A stretch of DNA of 64,000 bases from Spirochaetota bacterium (GCA_043803405.1 JAZDKB010000027.1:32001-96000); one strand, 5' to 3'. Positions 32,698-43,639 are shown, numbered from the stretch's first letter. Numbers and translations: made by a program. The notes: generated by a model not told the origin, from the sequence alone.

Positions 32698-34344
32698 TTA
32701 CGGCACAAAGCGCTGAGCGATCGGCAGTCTGCGGCCGATACCGAACGCTTTGCTTGTAACCTTAATGCCGGGAGCAGCCTGCCTTCTTTTGTACTCGTTT
32801 CTGTTTACTACAGTAAGGATATCGTTTACAGTGCGCCTGTCAAAACCCAGCGCAATTATCTCGTCCGCGGAAAGCTGTTTCTCAATATAGCATTCCAGAA
32901 TGCGGTCAAGGATCTCGTACGGAGGCAGAGTGTCCTGATCCTTTTGATTTTCTCGAAGTTCGGCTGAAGGCGGCTTCAGCAGGGAATCGATCGGGATGAT
33001 TTCCTTTCCACTGTTTATATGCCTTGACAGTTCATAAACCATATTCTTGGGCAGATCGGAAATTACTGCAAGCCCGCCGGCCATATCGCCGTAAAGGGTG
33101 CAGTACCCCATAGCCAGCTCGGATTTATTCCCGGTCGTGAGCAGAAGGCTGCCGAATTTATTGCTGAATGCCATCAGAATATTGCTTCTTATCCTGGCCT
33201 GCAGATTTTCTTCAGTAACATCTCTCGGCATACCTTTAAATACATTAGACATTAAATTATTATACATATCGAAAATTTCTTTAATGGCAATTTCCTCTAT
33301 TTTTATACCCAGGTTTTGCGCAAGCTTTTTCGAGTCGTCTACACTGCCTGCGGAAGAATAAATAGATGGCATAGTGATTCCCGTCACTTTATCCGGCCCA
33401 AGCGCTTCAGCCGCGAGGACAGCCGTTAATGCAGAATCAATACCCCCGCTAAGCCCGAGTACCGCGCTTTTAAATCCGCATTTGTAAAAATAGTCGGATA
33501 TGCCTAACTCAAGCGCTTTTCTAATGTCCTCCATCCCGTTTTCGGAAGGCTTTATGGTTTTATGATTATCTTCAATATCAAATACTACGATATCTTCTTT
33601 GAATCCAGCGGCAATTACTTTCATTTCGCCTTTGCCGTTAATATAAAAACTATGCCCGTCAAAAACAAGGCTGTCGTTGCCACCGACCTGGTTTACATAT
33701 ATAATTGGCAGCTTATGCCTGCGCGCTGTTTTTGAAATCATTTTCCACTTCAGATCATTTTTTTCTTTTACATATGGAGATGCGGAAATATTGATTAAAA
33801 TATCAATCTTCTTATCCGCCAGAATTTTTACAGGATCGACTTCGTATTTTCTTTCGATTACCAGGGAATTGCCCTGTTCATAATCATCATTCCAAATGTC
33901 TTCGCATATAGTGATCCCGATAAGTTTACCCTTGAATTTTACAGGCTCGTGTTTTTTTGAAGGTGAAAAATAACGCATCTCATCGAAAACATCATAAGTA
34001 GGCAGCAAAGTCTTATAATGCCTGGATACGATTTTGCCGCGGTTTATAAAAGCCGCGGCATTGTAAAGTATAGTAGGATTATTTTCGTTGTATTCGACAT
34101 AACCGCAAATGACTGCCACATCGGCGCAGGCAGCCGCGATCTCATTTATAGCTTTGATGTTGTCTCTTATCAGCTTGTTGTTAAGCAATATATCCATGGG
34201 AGGATAACCGATCACCGCCATTTCCGGGAACACGACGAGTTCGGCGCCGAGTTTTTTTGCCTCGCCAATATTCGCCAGTATCTTCCTTCTGTTTCCCTCA
34301 ATGTCGCCTATTACCGGATTTATCTGCGCTATTGCGATTCTCAT
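32698..34344 (-). CDS. nadE: Glutamine-dependent NAD+ synthetase
   Basis: Nitrilase domain (FPEM, YKTLLP, ICEDIW) plus GLSGGIDS, ENLQARIR, TTGNKSE, PPSAEL. Confidence 0.96.
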   Translation of the reverse strand: MRIAIAQINPVIGDIEGNRRKILANIGEAKKLGAELVVFPEMAVIGYPPMDILLNNKLIRDNIKAINEIAAACADVAVICGYVEYNENNPTILYNAAAFINRGKIVSRHYKTLLPTYDVFDEMRYFSPSKKHEPVKFKGKLIGITICEDIWNDDYEQGNSLVIERKYEVDPVKILADKKIDILINISASPYVKEKNDLKWKMISKTARRHKLPIIYVNQVGGNDSLVFDGHSFYINGKGEMKVIAAGFKEDIVVFDIEDNHKTIKPSENGMEDIRKALELGISDYFYKCGFKSAVLGLSGGIDSALTAVLAAEALGPDKVTGITMPSIYSSAGSVDDSKKLAQNLGIKIEEIAIKEIFDMYNNLMSNVFKGMPRDVTEENLQARIRSNILMAFSNKFGSLLLTTGNKSELAMGYCTLYGDMAGGLAVISDLPKNMVYELSRHINSGKEIIPIDSLLKPPSAELRENQKDQDTLPPYEILDRILECYIEKQLSADEIIALGFDRRTVNDILTVVNRNEYKRRQAAPGIKVTSKAFGIGRRLPIAQRFVP

Positions 34345-34427
34345 AATATTTTACACGCTTTATCATTTAATTTAGAATGCGTCCCAAAACCTATATATTG
34401 CAATGTTGTGCATCGGGACAATAAAAA

Positions 34428-35738
34428 TCAATACGATTCTTTAATAAGAGACCTAAGTACAGAATGCATCTGCTCCTTCATGACCGGGTCCGACTCTATC
34501 GCAAGCCTGTCGTATAAAGGCAGAATCGCGTTTTTGCCCCCGATTTTTCTTACTGAAAAAAGCGCGGCAGATCGGACATATCTTTCCTTGTCGTTATCGA
34601 TCATTTCCAGCAGCTCTTTTAAAATATTTCTCTCATTATAATAGCCCAGCGAGTTGCCTATCTCGGCTCTTACTTCCATCGATTTATCGTTTTTTCCTTC
34701 CAGCAAAATCGACGAAGACCATGAATGTTTAATGCGACCGAGAGCGTACGAAGCCAGCACCCTAAGTCTGTAATTATTATCATTCAATATAATTTTTCTG
34801 AGTCCCTTATACCCGCCGGCGTTGTTTATTCCAATGAGAGTATTTATCAACAGAGCTTTTATGTCATCGTCTTTCTCGGCAAAAAGAGCATAAGAAACCG
34901 GCCCTGCCGAATCGCCGAATCGCAGCTTATCCAGCGCCCTGGAAGAGAAATACCTTAGCTCCCTGTTGCTGTCTTTTAATGAATGAAGCAGAACATATAA
35001 GGATTCCCTGTCGGAAAGATTCTCAAGTATCTGGATGGCCTTTGCTTTTACCTCCCAGTCGGCATCGTAAAGCACGGCATTCCTTACACTGGGAAGCGCG
35101 GCTCTCAGATTGTTTACTTCAATACATTTAAGCACAAAATATCTGATGGACTTGTTGTCGTTTTTCAGCGTGTTTATCAAATGATTATAAAATCTTAAAT
35201 CATATAAATGATAAATAGCTTCGAGCGCATAAACTTTAAAAACAGGATTCGGATTCTCCATCATATTTAGAATATACGGGAACATCCTGTCGTCCCCGAT
35301 TTTTTTAAGCGCCAGAATCGCGCTTTCTCTAACCGTAAAAAATGGGCTGGACAGCTCGTTTATAATTAAAGGCACAGGCCGCCTTTCATGCGAGCCGGCC
35401 AGGTAATCGATTACCTTTTTTTTAACAATGAATGAATTTGTTTTTTTTAATATTTCAATGCAGTAGGGAGTCGTCTGCGCGTAAGAATAATGCTTCAGCG
35501 CCTTTATTGCGATATCTTTCTTTTCTGCGTTTTCATTGGACAATATGACGGAAAAAACAAGAGGCAGCAGGTCCAGCGGCTTCCGAACAGAAATATAACC
35601 AAGCGCGCTCTCTGCTTTCGCTTTATCCCTGCTTAAAAGCATGCTGATCAGATCCGCGCTTTTTTTATCCTCGGCCATGAGGTTAAAGCTAAACATGCAG
35701 AGAATAATAAAGTTTATTAATAAATTTACAGCTTTCAT
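34428..35738 (-). CDS. Exported HEAT-repeat protein
   Basis: Signal peptide; repeated VRESAILAL, VKAKAIQIL, VRAEIGNSLG, VRSAALFS. Confidence 0.82.
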   Translation of the reverse strand: MKAVNLLINFIILCMFSFNLMAEDKKSADLISMLLSRDKAKAESALGYISVRKPLDLLPLVFSVILSNENAEKKDIAIKALKHYSYAQTTPYCIEILKKTNSFIVKKKVIDYLAGSHERRPVPLIINELSSPFFTVRESAILALKKIGDDRMFPYILNMMENPNPVFKVYALEAIYHLYDLRFYNHLINTLKNDNKSIRYFVLKCIEVNNLRAALPSVRNAVLYDADWEVKAKAIQILENLSDRESLYVLLHSLKDSNRELRYFSSRALDKLRFGDSAGPVSYALFAEKDDDIKALLINTLIGINNAGGYKGLRKIILNDNNYRLRVLASYALGRIKHSWSSSILLEGKNDKSMEVRAEIGNSLGYYNERNILKELLEMIDNDKERYVRSAALFSVRKIGGKNAILPLYDRLAIESDPVMKEQMHSVLRSLIKESY

Positions 35739-35832
35739 CGCTTTATATCCATGATAAACAGTTGAGCCGGGAATATTTTAAAGAAAGGCGTGGCAATATT
35801 TTAATATGGTGCAGAAAGTGCCAGATGAACTG

Positions 35833-36441
35833 CTATTTCAATACTCCTCTGAAATAATTGTCTATTAATGCTTCGATTGTATTTTTTTCTATTTTTATTT
35901 CCGGTTTATTTTGATAATTATTTACCATGAACAGTATACCGCCCAGAATTACCTGTGCCGTATCTTCGGAACTGATTCCTTTGCGGCATGCGCCTTTTTT
36001 TACCATTTCATCAATATCCGCAGTTATTCTTTTTACAATATACCCGATAAAGCTCTTTATTCTTGTCATAACGCCTTCGTCAATGCCGATTATATCCCTG
36101 AATATTAATTTTAAAACTATAGGCTCGCTAATTATTAAAATGATAGTAGAAGTAATTCGCGCATTAATATAATCCAGAAGGGCTTTTTGAGCAGGATTTG
36201 TTTTTAAAAAATCCTGCAGATCATCAGGATCAAGCATATCGTCCAGTTTATCTTCAATAGATTCAAGAATTGCGTATAAAATCTCGCGTTTATTGCCGAA
36301 ATACTGGTACACGGTTCCGCGTGCGATCCTCAGCTCATCGCAGACTTTGCCGATGTGGGTGCTCTGAAAGCCGAATTTAATAAACATATCCTTGGCAGTA
36401 TCAACGATTTGCTGTTTACGCCTGTGTCCTTTTGTCAACAT
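35833..36441 (-). CDS. TetR/AcrR family transcriptional regulator
   Basis: IVDTAKDMF...GFQSTHI...IARGTVYQYFGNKREIL. Confidence 0.92.
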   Translation of the reverse strand: MLTKGHRRKQQIVDTAKDMFIKFGFQSTHIGKVCDELRIARGTVYQYFGNKREILYAILESIEDKLDDMLDPDDLQDFLKTNPAQKALLDYINARITSTIILIISEPIVLKLIFRDIIGIDEGVMTRIKSFIGYIVKRITADIDEMVKKGACRKGISSEDTAQVILGGILFMVNNYQNKPEIKIEKNTIEALIDNYFRGVLK

Positions 36442-36519
36442 TACAATACTCCAATGAAAAAAATTTCCTGAAGTTCAACTATATTTCCAGAGACAATACC
36501 CGGATTACGGCTTTTTTAT

Positions 36520-36651
36520 TTAATGATTTTTTTGCCTTCCGGATTGCTGGTTATGATCTTTAATTTTTTTTATTTCATTGCGAAGAGGAATAAGGGCTTC
36601 CTGAAGCTCTTTGGTTATTCTGTCAGCTCTTTCCTGTAGTTCCCTGCTCAT
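36520..36651 (-). CDS. Putative 43-aa coiled-coil small protein (not in the ORF track)
   Basis: Manual translation MSRELQERADRITKELQEALIPLRNEIKKIKDHNQQSGRQKNH*; amphipathic pattern; no clear SD. Confidence 0.45.
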   Translation of the reverse strand: MSRELQERADRITKELQEALIPLRNEIKKIKDHNQQSGRQKNH

Positions 36652-37011
36652 GACATTTTACATATTATTTTATTGAAAATTATTGCGCAAAAACCTGGAA
36701 AAACATGCGGAAAAATTTTCCGCCATAATACGGATTTACTTTAATTGTTAAATCAAAATAAATTAAGTCAATAAAAATTAATTAATGTACAAAATAATAA
36801 AAACAGACACATATTAAACAAATATACATAAAAGATGCAAGAACAAAATTAAATTTTTGTTTATAGTTATATTGCTTATCAAAGAACTGCCATTCTAATT
36901 AAAAGTATAAGCTGAAAAGCAAATATGGATGATTAAAATTGTACTTTAATTATCGGTATTATAAGAGATGAAAAGAGTTTATTTTAAAGATGTATTAGAG
37001 CAGTCCCGCGA

Positions 37012-37839
37012 TTATTTATTCTGCTTTGCAAGTATTCTTTCCGCATTGCCGGAAAGGATCAGAGCTTTTACTTCTTCGCTCACAGGCAGATCCAAAACCC
37101 TGCTGATAAGCCCTTTAATGTCCGCCATTGCAGGCCAGTCGCTGCCGAATATAAAACGGTCGCCGTACTGTTCCATCCTTGGAAAAATTTCAGGCAGCTT
37201 TTTTGTAGGCATTCCGGCCAGGCCTATGTGCACATTTTTGTATTTTGTTATCATCCACGCTGCCCTGTCGTACCAGAAGGGCCTGCCGCCGTGTTCCATT
37301 GTGATCGTAAGATCAGGAAAGTCTGTGGCAACATCATCGAGTAAAAGAGGATCTGCGTATTTAATGCGCGTTCCAATAAAAGCGGATGTCCCGGTGTGAA
37401 ACATAACAGGCATACCCAGCGATTGCACATAGCTGTAAAAAGGATAAAAGGCAGGGTCATTGGGATAAAAAAACTGGTAAGAAGGCAAAAGCTTGAATCC
37501 TTTAACTCCCAGCTTTTCTACAGCATACTTCGCCTGCTCAAGAATAGGTGTTTTACTGTACAGGCAGATTGAACCGAAGCAGATAAGTTCGTCATGGCCT
37601 TTACAGAATGCAGCAACATATTCGTTAGTTACTTCGCCTGAGCATTCCGGTCCATATTCTGCGAGCGCTATGCTGCGGTCAACATTGTGTGATTTAAAAA
37701 ATCCGATTATTTTCTCAGGCGTGATATCATCATGAAAATGCTCATAATAATATGGATTGATCTTCCGGATGAATTCCAGTGTTAAAGGAATCCACTTTAC
37801 AGCCGGCGCAATATGAACATGAAAATCGATAACTTTCAA
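37012..37839 (-). CDS. Amidohydrolase_2 family metal-dependent hydrolase
   Basis: IDFHVH, GFKLLP, MFHTG, EHGGRP, IFGSDWP; SD AAGGAG before TTG. Confidence 0.9.
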   Translation of the reverse strand: MKVIDFHVHIAPAVKWIPLTLEFIRKINPYYYEHFHDDITPEKIIGFFKSHNVDRSIALAEYGPECSGEVTNEYVAAFCKGHDELICFGSICLYSKTPILEQAKYAVEKLGVKGFKLLPSYQFFYPNDPAFYPFYSYVQSLGMPVMFHTGTSAFIGTRIKYADPLLLDDVATDFPDLTITMEHGGRPFWYDRAAWMITKYKNVHIGLAGMPTKKLPEIFPRMEQYGDRFIFGSDWPAMADIKGLISRVLDLPVSEEVKALILSGNAERILAKQNK

Positions 37840-38015
37840 TGTCTGCTCCTTAAAGAAACCGCTAAAACGTTATTTTGTCTGAAAATTTAAAGCAGTTAAA
37901 GAAATGGATTTCTATATCAATAATAAATCCGATAAAAAAATTAACTCTACTAATAATATAAATATATTATTTGCTTTTACTGTAAACTTTTTCCGTATTT
38001 TATAAAAAATACTAT

Positions 38016-38963
38016 TTAATCCTGTTTGGAAGGCGTTTTACCTGCGAAAGTGTGGTCTAAACAGTCGGGATTATACGCAATCGGAGGATGATAATACTTA
38101 AAGAAAGAAGAAAAAGCGTTTCTCCATGATCCTTCGGGCAATATACCTTCGGATATGGTGCTTAAATTAAATGCAAATCCTATATAAGCATGTCTTGTTT
38201 TATACCTATAACTTGAGTGAGAAAACCAGTATCCCCTGGTGTAATATCCGAAATCGATCTGAAAATACTTCGCTATCGTGTCCTGTACAAATGGCACCCC
38301 ATCGAGTTTAAGGGCAAGAATGAATTTCTGCCCTGTAACATCGCTCGTTACTTCAATCCATTTTTCCGACCTCTGATTTCTGTGGTCTTTTGACGGCCAG
38401 TATTCGATCTGAAAACCTATCAGCCTGTCAAGCGAAGGATACATATCCAGAACCATTGCGAAAAGGCCGCCTCCGAAATTCCATATCATGTCGCCCCATG
38501 AGTAACCGTAAGTATCCCCGAATCCGTCTCCGATTTCAATGCCCAGACCCATCATCTGGCCGAACAGGAATCCTTTAAATGCAGCCCATTTTTTTGAGTC
38601 ACCGCTTTTTTCAAAAGCATAAGAGCCTATTCTGGAGATTGCGTAAATGCCCCATGTATGTCCAAGCTTGTCCGCGCCTCCTGTATACGAATCCTGCTCC
38701 AGTCCCCAGCCGTCGTTATTAACCTGCCATTCGGATGCAGTGCCCCATCCCCACGCGCCAATTCCCCAGCCTAGCACAATTACAGGCACGCTGCCGAAAA
38801 GTATATAGTCCGCAGTATAGCTCTTTTTCCCGGATGCCTGCGCATTATTATTCTGCTCAATATTATTATTGCCCGGATTTTCTTCGGCATATAGATTACA
38901 TAACAAAAATATTAATATTATTAATGCAGTTATAAATTGCTTTAAGAAATTATATTGTTTCAT
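38016..38963 (-). CDS. DUF2279/YfiM-like exported protein
   Basis: Signal peptide; GGADKLGH, EIGDGF...GYSWGD...N..G; C-terminal beta-rich FGYYTRGY. Confidence 0.72.
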   Translation of the reverse strand: MKQYNFLKQFITALIILIFLLCNLYAEENPGNNNIEQNNNAQASGKKSYTADYILFGSVPVIVLGWGIGAWGWGTASEWQVNNDGWGLEQDSYTGGADKLGHTWGIYAISRIGSYAFEKSGDSKKWAAFKGFLFGQMMGLGIEIGDGFGDTYGYSWGDMIWNFGGGLFAMVLDMYPSLDRLIGFQIEYWPSKDHRNQRSEKWIEVTSDVTGQKFILALKLDGVPFVQDTIAKYFQIDFGYYTRGYWFSHSSYRYKTRHAYIGFAFNLSTISEGILPEGSWRNAFSSFFKYYHPPIAYNPDCLDHTFAGKTPSKQD

Positions 38964-38968
38964 ATTTA

Positions 38969-40069
38969 TTAAATACTGTCCGGATTATTATTTAAATTTT
39001 CTGTCCTTGCTTCCGATTCATCACTAATGTAACTTATCAGGTTCAGATTGATCTTCGCGAAAATCCTGAAGTCAATTCCCGGAGGATCTATTCCGTATAA
39101 ATTTCCGGTAAACATTATATCGACAATTCTTTTGTAGCTTAATATGTTATAGTCCAGCCTTATCCTGTTTAAAATATTTTCTCTTTTTAAATAAAAGACA
39201 TGTGAATCCTGGTGATAATAATTATGATTATAAAAGCACTGATAGGATAAATCGAATCTGCCGGATGCGTACCCGATAGTGCCGCTTCCCGCATGGCCGT
39301 ATGTAGATGCCTTGCGGTTCTGGGAAAACGAGCTAAGATAATAAGCGGCTTCTGCGTAAAATCCTTTATAAGTAAATCCCAGTGCCGGAGAATTTACAAT
39401 ATCCTGTTCAATTTTCACAGGATGCGTGTCCTTGTTTAGCTGGCCGCCCCTGTGATGATAATGGTCGAAAAATTTATAATAAAAATATTCGGAAAAGTTG
39501 TGCTTAAGGAGAAGCCCGGCGATAAATTCCTCAGGATGTTCTTCGGTATCAAGCTTTATCCAGTCAAGAAACGCAGCGGCATTGATTGTCTTTTTTTTAA
39601 TATCTAATTTCAGCCCGCTTGCGACAGGCCTTTGCTCAAAAAAAAGAAATTCATTGTAAATAGTATTCGGATAACGCATTAAATTCGGATAATTCCCGAT
39701 AATAAATTCAGAATCATTCCACGGATAAAATACGGCATTCATGTAAGGGTACATTCTTTCAGGGGATTTATCTTTATCATACTGCACATAAACATGCCTG
39801 TACCATCCGCCCGCGTTAAGCTGCACAGGCGCAGTGTTTATCTGTAAATAAGGAATAATAATATGCCCTATATTGGTTCTGCCGGGATAAGGATGGTCGT
39901 CGTATTCCAGATCGGCAAGGTCGATATATTGATCGAGCTGTATGTTAATCGAATCTATTTCTTCCGGAATAAAAACATCGGCAAATAAAATCGAATGACA
40001 AAACGCAGTAAGAATAAATAGTAAAATACTTATCCTGAATAATGTTAAGCCAGGAATGAAATTTTTCAT
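38969..40069 (-). CDS. Hypothetical exported protein, probable outer-membrane beta-barrel
   Basis: Signal peptide; aromatic alternating strands; HYHHRGGQ motif. Confidence 0.65.
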   Translation of the reverse strand: MKNFIPGLTLFRISILLFILTAFCHSILFADVFIPEEIDSINIQLDQYIDLADLEYDDHPYPGRTNIGHIIIPYLQINTAPVQLNAGGWYRHVYVQYDKDKSPERMYPYMNAVFYPWNDSEFIIGNYPNLMRYPNTIYNEFLFFEQRPVASGLKLDIKKKTINAAAFLDWIKLDTEEHPEEFIAGLLLKHNFSEYFYYKFFDHYHHRGGQLNKDTHPVKIEQDIVNSPALGFTYKGFYAEAAYYLSSFSQNRKASTYGHAGSGTIGYASGRFDLSYQCFYNHNYYHQDSHVFYLKRENILNRIRLDYNILSYKRIVDIMFTGNLYGIDPPGIDFRIFAKINLNLISYISDESEARTENLNNNPDSI

Positions 40070-40100
40070 GATTATTCAGCCAAAACTGTATTATGCATAT

Positions 40101-41222
40101 TTATTTATTCTTGCTTTTATCGATAATAGCCTGAGCCGCGGGATTCATGAATACTACGCTTACTTTATAATCCCCGTCAAAATACCTGTCAAGAGCGCGG
40201 TTAATTATGCGCATCGGATCAAGCAGAAAAGAAAATATTTTGCCGTAAACGCTGTTAGGCAAACACTGATCTACATAAATACTGGACTGCCGGAAAGCCT
40301 CGCCTACAAGAGCACCTCCGAAGGATGTAAATATCATGTCGTTTGCCGAGCTTCGTTCCCTCCATTCTCCTACATACTCCCATATAAAACTGCCTGTAAA
40401 TGCCCACGCAGCTGAAGCAGCTATGCCGTACTCATTGCTGCGCGCGATCTGATAGTACACTGCGCCCGCGTAAATATGATATACTGTATTAGTGCGGAAA
40501 GCGTTGGTATCATAAGACCAGCCATCGCGGAAACGCGGCCACACGTCTTCCCATCTATATTTATAGCGCCAGTCTTCCATGTTAGCGTCTTTGTTTATCC
40601 AGTAATTGGCCATGCCAACGCCTGTCAATATAGTAAGTTCACTGAGAGTCCTTACAAAGCGGTGAGTAGGCGAAAATCCTGTATGAACCGTGAGATCGTA
40701 TCCGCTCACTTCCGTTCCATTGTTGTCTTTATAATTTACGGAAACATTCTCAATAACATCTGAAAAGCCGGCTGTTTGCGCTAATGTGTCCGGCATAGTT
40801 GAACTGCGCAAATTATAGGCAAAATCGGTCATAGTCTGAATCGATTTTTTCTGCCTGTAAGAATTTTTACGCGGTATGTCCCACCGGATCATGATGTTCT
40901 GTCTGAGTGAATCGTTTGTAAAAATAGTAAAAGAAGCCTGTTCATCAGTTTCTGTACTTTTCAATCCACTTGCCAGAGAAAAGTTTTCGGCTGATTTATC
41001 CTTCGAACTAAGTTTATCTACAGGGGAATATTGAGTTAGAAAATTATTCGCTGCAAAAAATCCGGAATCGAACAGATTTTTTAAAACAGGGAATCCGGAT
41101 GCGCTGTCGCTAAGCATCAGCACTGCAGGCAGCTTTTTATTTTCGTCAGCATACGAATGAGCGATCGTCGCTGCGATTATAAAAACCATCAGTAATATTT
41201 TAAAATAAAACGATTTCATCAA
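40101..41222 (-). CDS. DUF3943-like exported protein
   Basis: WSYDTNAFRTNTVYHIYAGAVYYQIARSN...SFIWEYVGE..ERSSANDMIFT..GGALVGE. Confidence 0.78.
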   Translation of the reverse strand: MMKSFYFKILLMVFIIAATIAHSYADENKKLPAVLMLSDSASGFPVLKNLFDSGFFAANNFLTQYSPVDKLSSKDKSAENFSLASGLKSTETDEQASFTIFTNDSLRQNIMIRWDIPRKNSYRQKKSIQTMTDFAYNLRSSTMPDTLAQTAGFSDVIENVSVNYKDNNGTEVSGYDLTVHTGFSPTHRFVRTLSELTILTGVGMANYWINKDANMEDWRYKYRWEDVWPRFRDGWSYDTNAFRTNTVYHIYAGAVYYQIARSNEYGIAASAAWAFTGSFIWEYVGEWRERSSANDMIFTSFGGALVGEAFRQSSIYVDQCLPNSVYGKIFSFLLDPMRIINRALDRYFDGDYKVSVVFMNPAAQAIIDKSKNK

Positions 41223-41233
41223 GTCATCCGGTA

Positions 41234-42544
41234 TTAAAAATAATTTTTAAGTTCAATGATCAATCTGTTCCATGCATGGGTCTTTGTTTTATCATTAAGC
41301 ATGCTTTCGATAAACCAGCGCTCGTACTGAACATTCAGCAAAACATCATAGGAAAGATAATAACCGATTGCGCCCTTTGCTATATGCAGCATGTCGTATA
41401 AATCATTCGTAAAAATCGGATAAAAGAAATAATAATTATATGCTGCTTCAAAACGGAAGCCGAAAACATGATCAGCGCAAAGCGACAGGCGCGCGGGCAA
41501 TGTATAGCTGAAATAATAATTTTGCTTTCTATATTTTATTGAACGGAATGCGCTGCTCATGTTCTGCTCTTCATCTTCCGTTGTGCCTGCTATTGAAAGC
41601 GAGGAAGGCCCTACTCCCATGCCAGCGCCGGCCATAAACTCTGCGGAATACAGGCTTCCGCCGCTGCGGCGCGAAATAAGAATATTCCACTGAAGCACGC
41701 GCCAGATCATGTACTGCATATAGGGTTCTGTTTCGTAAACTTCGCGGTCCCATTTCATGGTTGAGTCGCTGAAGCCCGGCCTGAAATATTCCAGCCCGCT
41801 GAACAGACCGTACATTAAGCGCGTACCGTGATCGGCTGTGCCGCTGTATTTATTTTTTCCGAAAAGCAGTAAATCTATATTAAAAAAATTCTCGTGCACA
41901 TGACTCGCCCAGTCGAAATACAGGTTAAACGATATGTAATTGCCGAATGTCAAGGGCGTCTCTTTCTGAAATATGTTTGCAGACGGATCATAAGTCAGCT
42001 GCCACGATAAATGCAGCTTGCCTTTTGCGTATGCAGGGTAAAATTCGCTGCCGTCGTGCGTGCGCGCATAACCAAGCGAGAAGATCGAAGAATAAGCTTT
42101 GCGGAAATCGCCTACGCCTTCGCGCATAACCGCGGCAGGCATGAGCGCGGAAACAACAATATCCCGAAACCGTTCATCATCTTTTATGACAGTTTCCTGA
42201 AGCCAGAATGTTTTCGATGTTTGTTTCCCGTTTTTATTTATCAGTATTGTGAAAAGATAATAATTATCGGAATAGCCTGCATCCAACCGGACAGATATTT
42301 CATCATAGCGGTGGTCTTCAAGCCGGAAAGCCTTTACATGGCGGCCTTCCAGAACAGGGCTCCAGCCGGCTTTTTTTAGAATGATCTGAAATTGATTAAG
42401 CAGATACGCTGACCGCTCTTCCAGGAAGGGTTTCTTTTTTTCATTTTCAGGATAGATTACGGCATTGTTTTGAACAGCAAATGAAGGAAGTATAAAAATA
42501 CTCAGGCATGAAAACAATACGGCTGATAAAATTGCTGATTTCAT
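41234..42544 (-). CDS. Hypothetical exported protein, probable outer-membrane beta-barrel
   Basis: Signal peptide; amphipathic strands; ends IIELKNYF (C-terminal Phe). Confidence 0.68.
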   Translation of the reverse strand: MKSAILSAVLFSCLSIFILPSFAVQNNAVIYPENEKKKPFLEERSAYLLNQFQIILKKAGWSPVLEGRHVKAFRLEDHRYDEISVRLDAGYSDNYYLFTILINKNGKQTSKTFWLQETVIKDDERFRDIVVSALMPAAVMREGVGDFRKAYSSIFSLGYARTHDGSEFYPAYAKGKLHLSWQLTYDPSANIFQKETPLTFGNYISFNLYFDWASHVHENFFNIDLLLFGKNKYSGTADHGTRLMYGLFSGLEYFRPGFSDSTMKWDREVYETEPYMQYMIWRVLQWNILISRRSGGSLYSAEFMAGAGMGVGPSSLSIAGTTEDEEQNMSSAFRSIKYRKQNYYFSYTLPARLSLCADHVFGFRFEAAYNYYFFYPIFTNDLYDMLHIAKGAIGYYLSYDVLLNVQYERWFIESMLNDKTKTHAWNRLIIELKNYF

Positions 42545-42640
42545 ATTTATTTTAAGGGCTTGTAGCCGACTTCATTTATAACTTTTTTATTATAAATCTG
42601 AAGATTGGTATTGATTTTGCAGTATAATGTCAATAACTTT

Positions 42641-43639
42641 TCAGACGCGGGGTTTTACGTCAACAGAAAGATTGTTTATTAAATTGCGGCTATAGTAATG
42701 ATAGCCTATGCCTGCCACCATTGCCGCGTTATCCGTGCAAAGTACGGGAGATGGGATAAGCAACCGTTCGCCATCGGCTTTTTCTTCGCGGAGCATTTCC
42801 CTTAGCCTGCCGTTGGCAGCCACTCCGCCTGCGATCACAATATCTTTTATATTATTCTGCCTGGCAGCTTTAAATACTTTGCGCACAAGAACTTCCAGTG
42901 CTCTTTCCTGAAAACTATACACTATTTCTGCTGCATCTGCACAGGGATTTTCTTTTACATACGTGACCACTGCTGTTTTAAGTCCGCTGTAGCTGAACCT
43001 GTAATCATTCGAGTTAGCAAGTATCTTGGGGAATATCTTTTTTTTAATAATTGCCTGTTTTGCCAGTTTTTCAATAACGGGACCGCCGGGATATCCCAGG
43101 TTCAAAAACTTCGCTACTTTATCGAACGCCTCTCCTGCTGCATCGTCCGCTGTCTTGCCGAGCAGCTCCATGCTGCCTGCATCCCTGACTATGTACAGGC
43201 TGGTATTGCCGCCGGAAACAAGAAGTCCTGTAAACGGATAAACAGGCGCCGCGTCTTCAAGAAATGGCGCGTACAGATGGGCTTCGAGATGATTGACTGC
43301 GATTAAAGGAATGCGGAGTGCATACGAGATTGCCTTTGCTGACTGGAGCGCGATTAAAAGCGAACCTACAAGCCCCGGTCTTGCTGTTGCTGCCACGTAA
43401 TCCAGCTCGGAAAAGCTGACGCCTGCTTCTTCCAGCGCAATATTTATTAGCCAGTTAATTGCTTCAAGATGAGCCCTTGACGCGATCTCCGGCACTACAC
43501 CGTAATATTCCTTATGCAGATCTATCTGGCTCTTTATTGCATTTGACAGGATTTGCTTCCCGTTTTTTACAATAGCTGCAGAAGTTTCATCGCAGGAACT
43601 TTCCAGGCCAAGTCCGATTATATCACTATTTTTCCCCAT
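42641..43639 (-). CDS. tsaD: tRNA t6A threonylcarbamoyltransferase
   Basis: LESSCDET, GVVPEIASRAH, NHLEAH, VSGG, DDAAGEAFDK, CTDNAAM. Confidence 0.97.
   Translation of the reverse strand: MGKNSDIIGLGLESSCDETSAAIVKNGKQILSNAIKSQIDLHKEYYGVVPEIASRAHLEAINWLINIALEEAGVSFSELDYVAATARPGLVGSLLIALQSAKAISYALRIPLIAVNHLEAHLYAPFLEDAAPVYPFTGLLVSGGNTSLYIVRDAGSMELLGKTADDAAGEAFDKVAKFLNLGYPGGPVIEKLAKQAIIKKKIFPKILANSNDYRFSYSGLKTAVVTYVKENPCADAAEIVYSFQERALEVLVRKVFKAARQNNIKDIVIAGGVAANGRLREMLREEKADGERLLIPSPVLCTDNAAMVAGIGYHYYSRNLINNLSVDVKPRV

Noticed and set aside
34018..34641. Long antisense or shadow ORFs (this one, 19012-19581, 21629-22186, 24376-24960 and others)
   Set aside because: They overlap well-supported genes on the opposite strand and show no motifs
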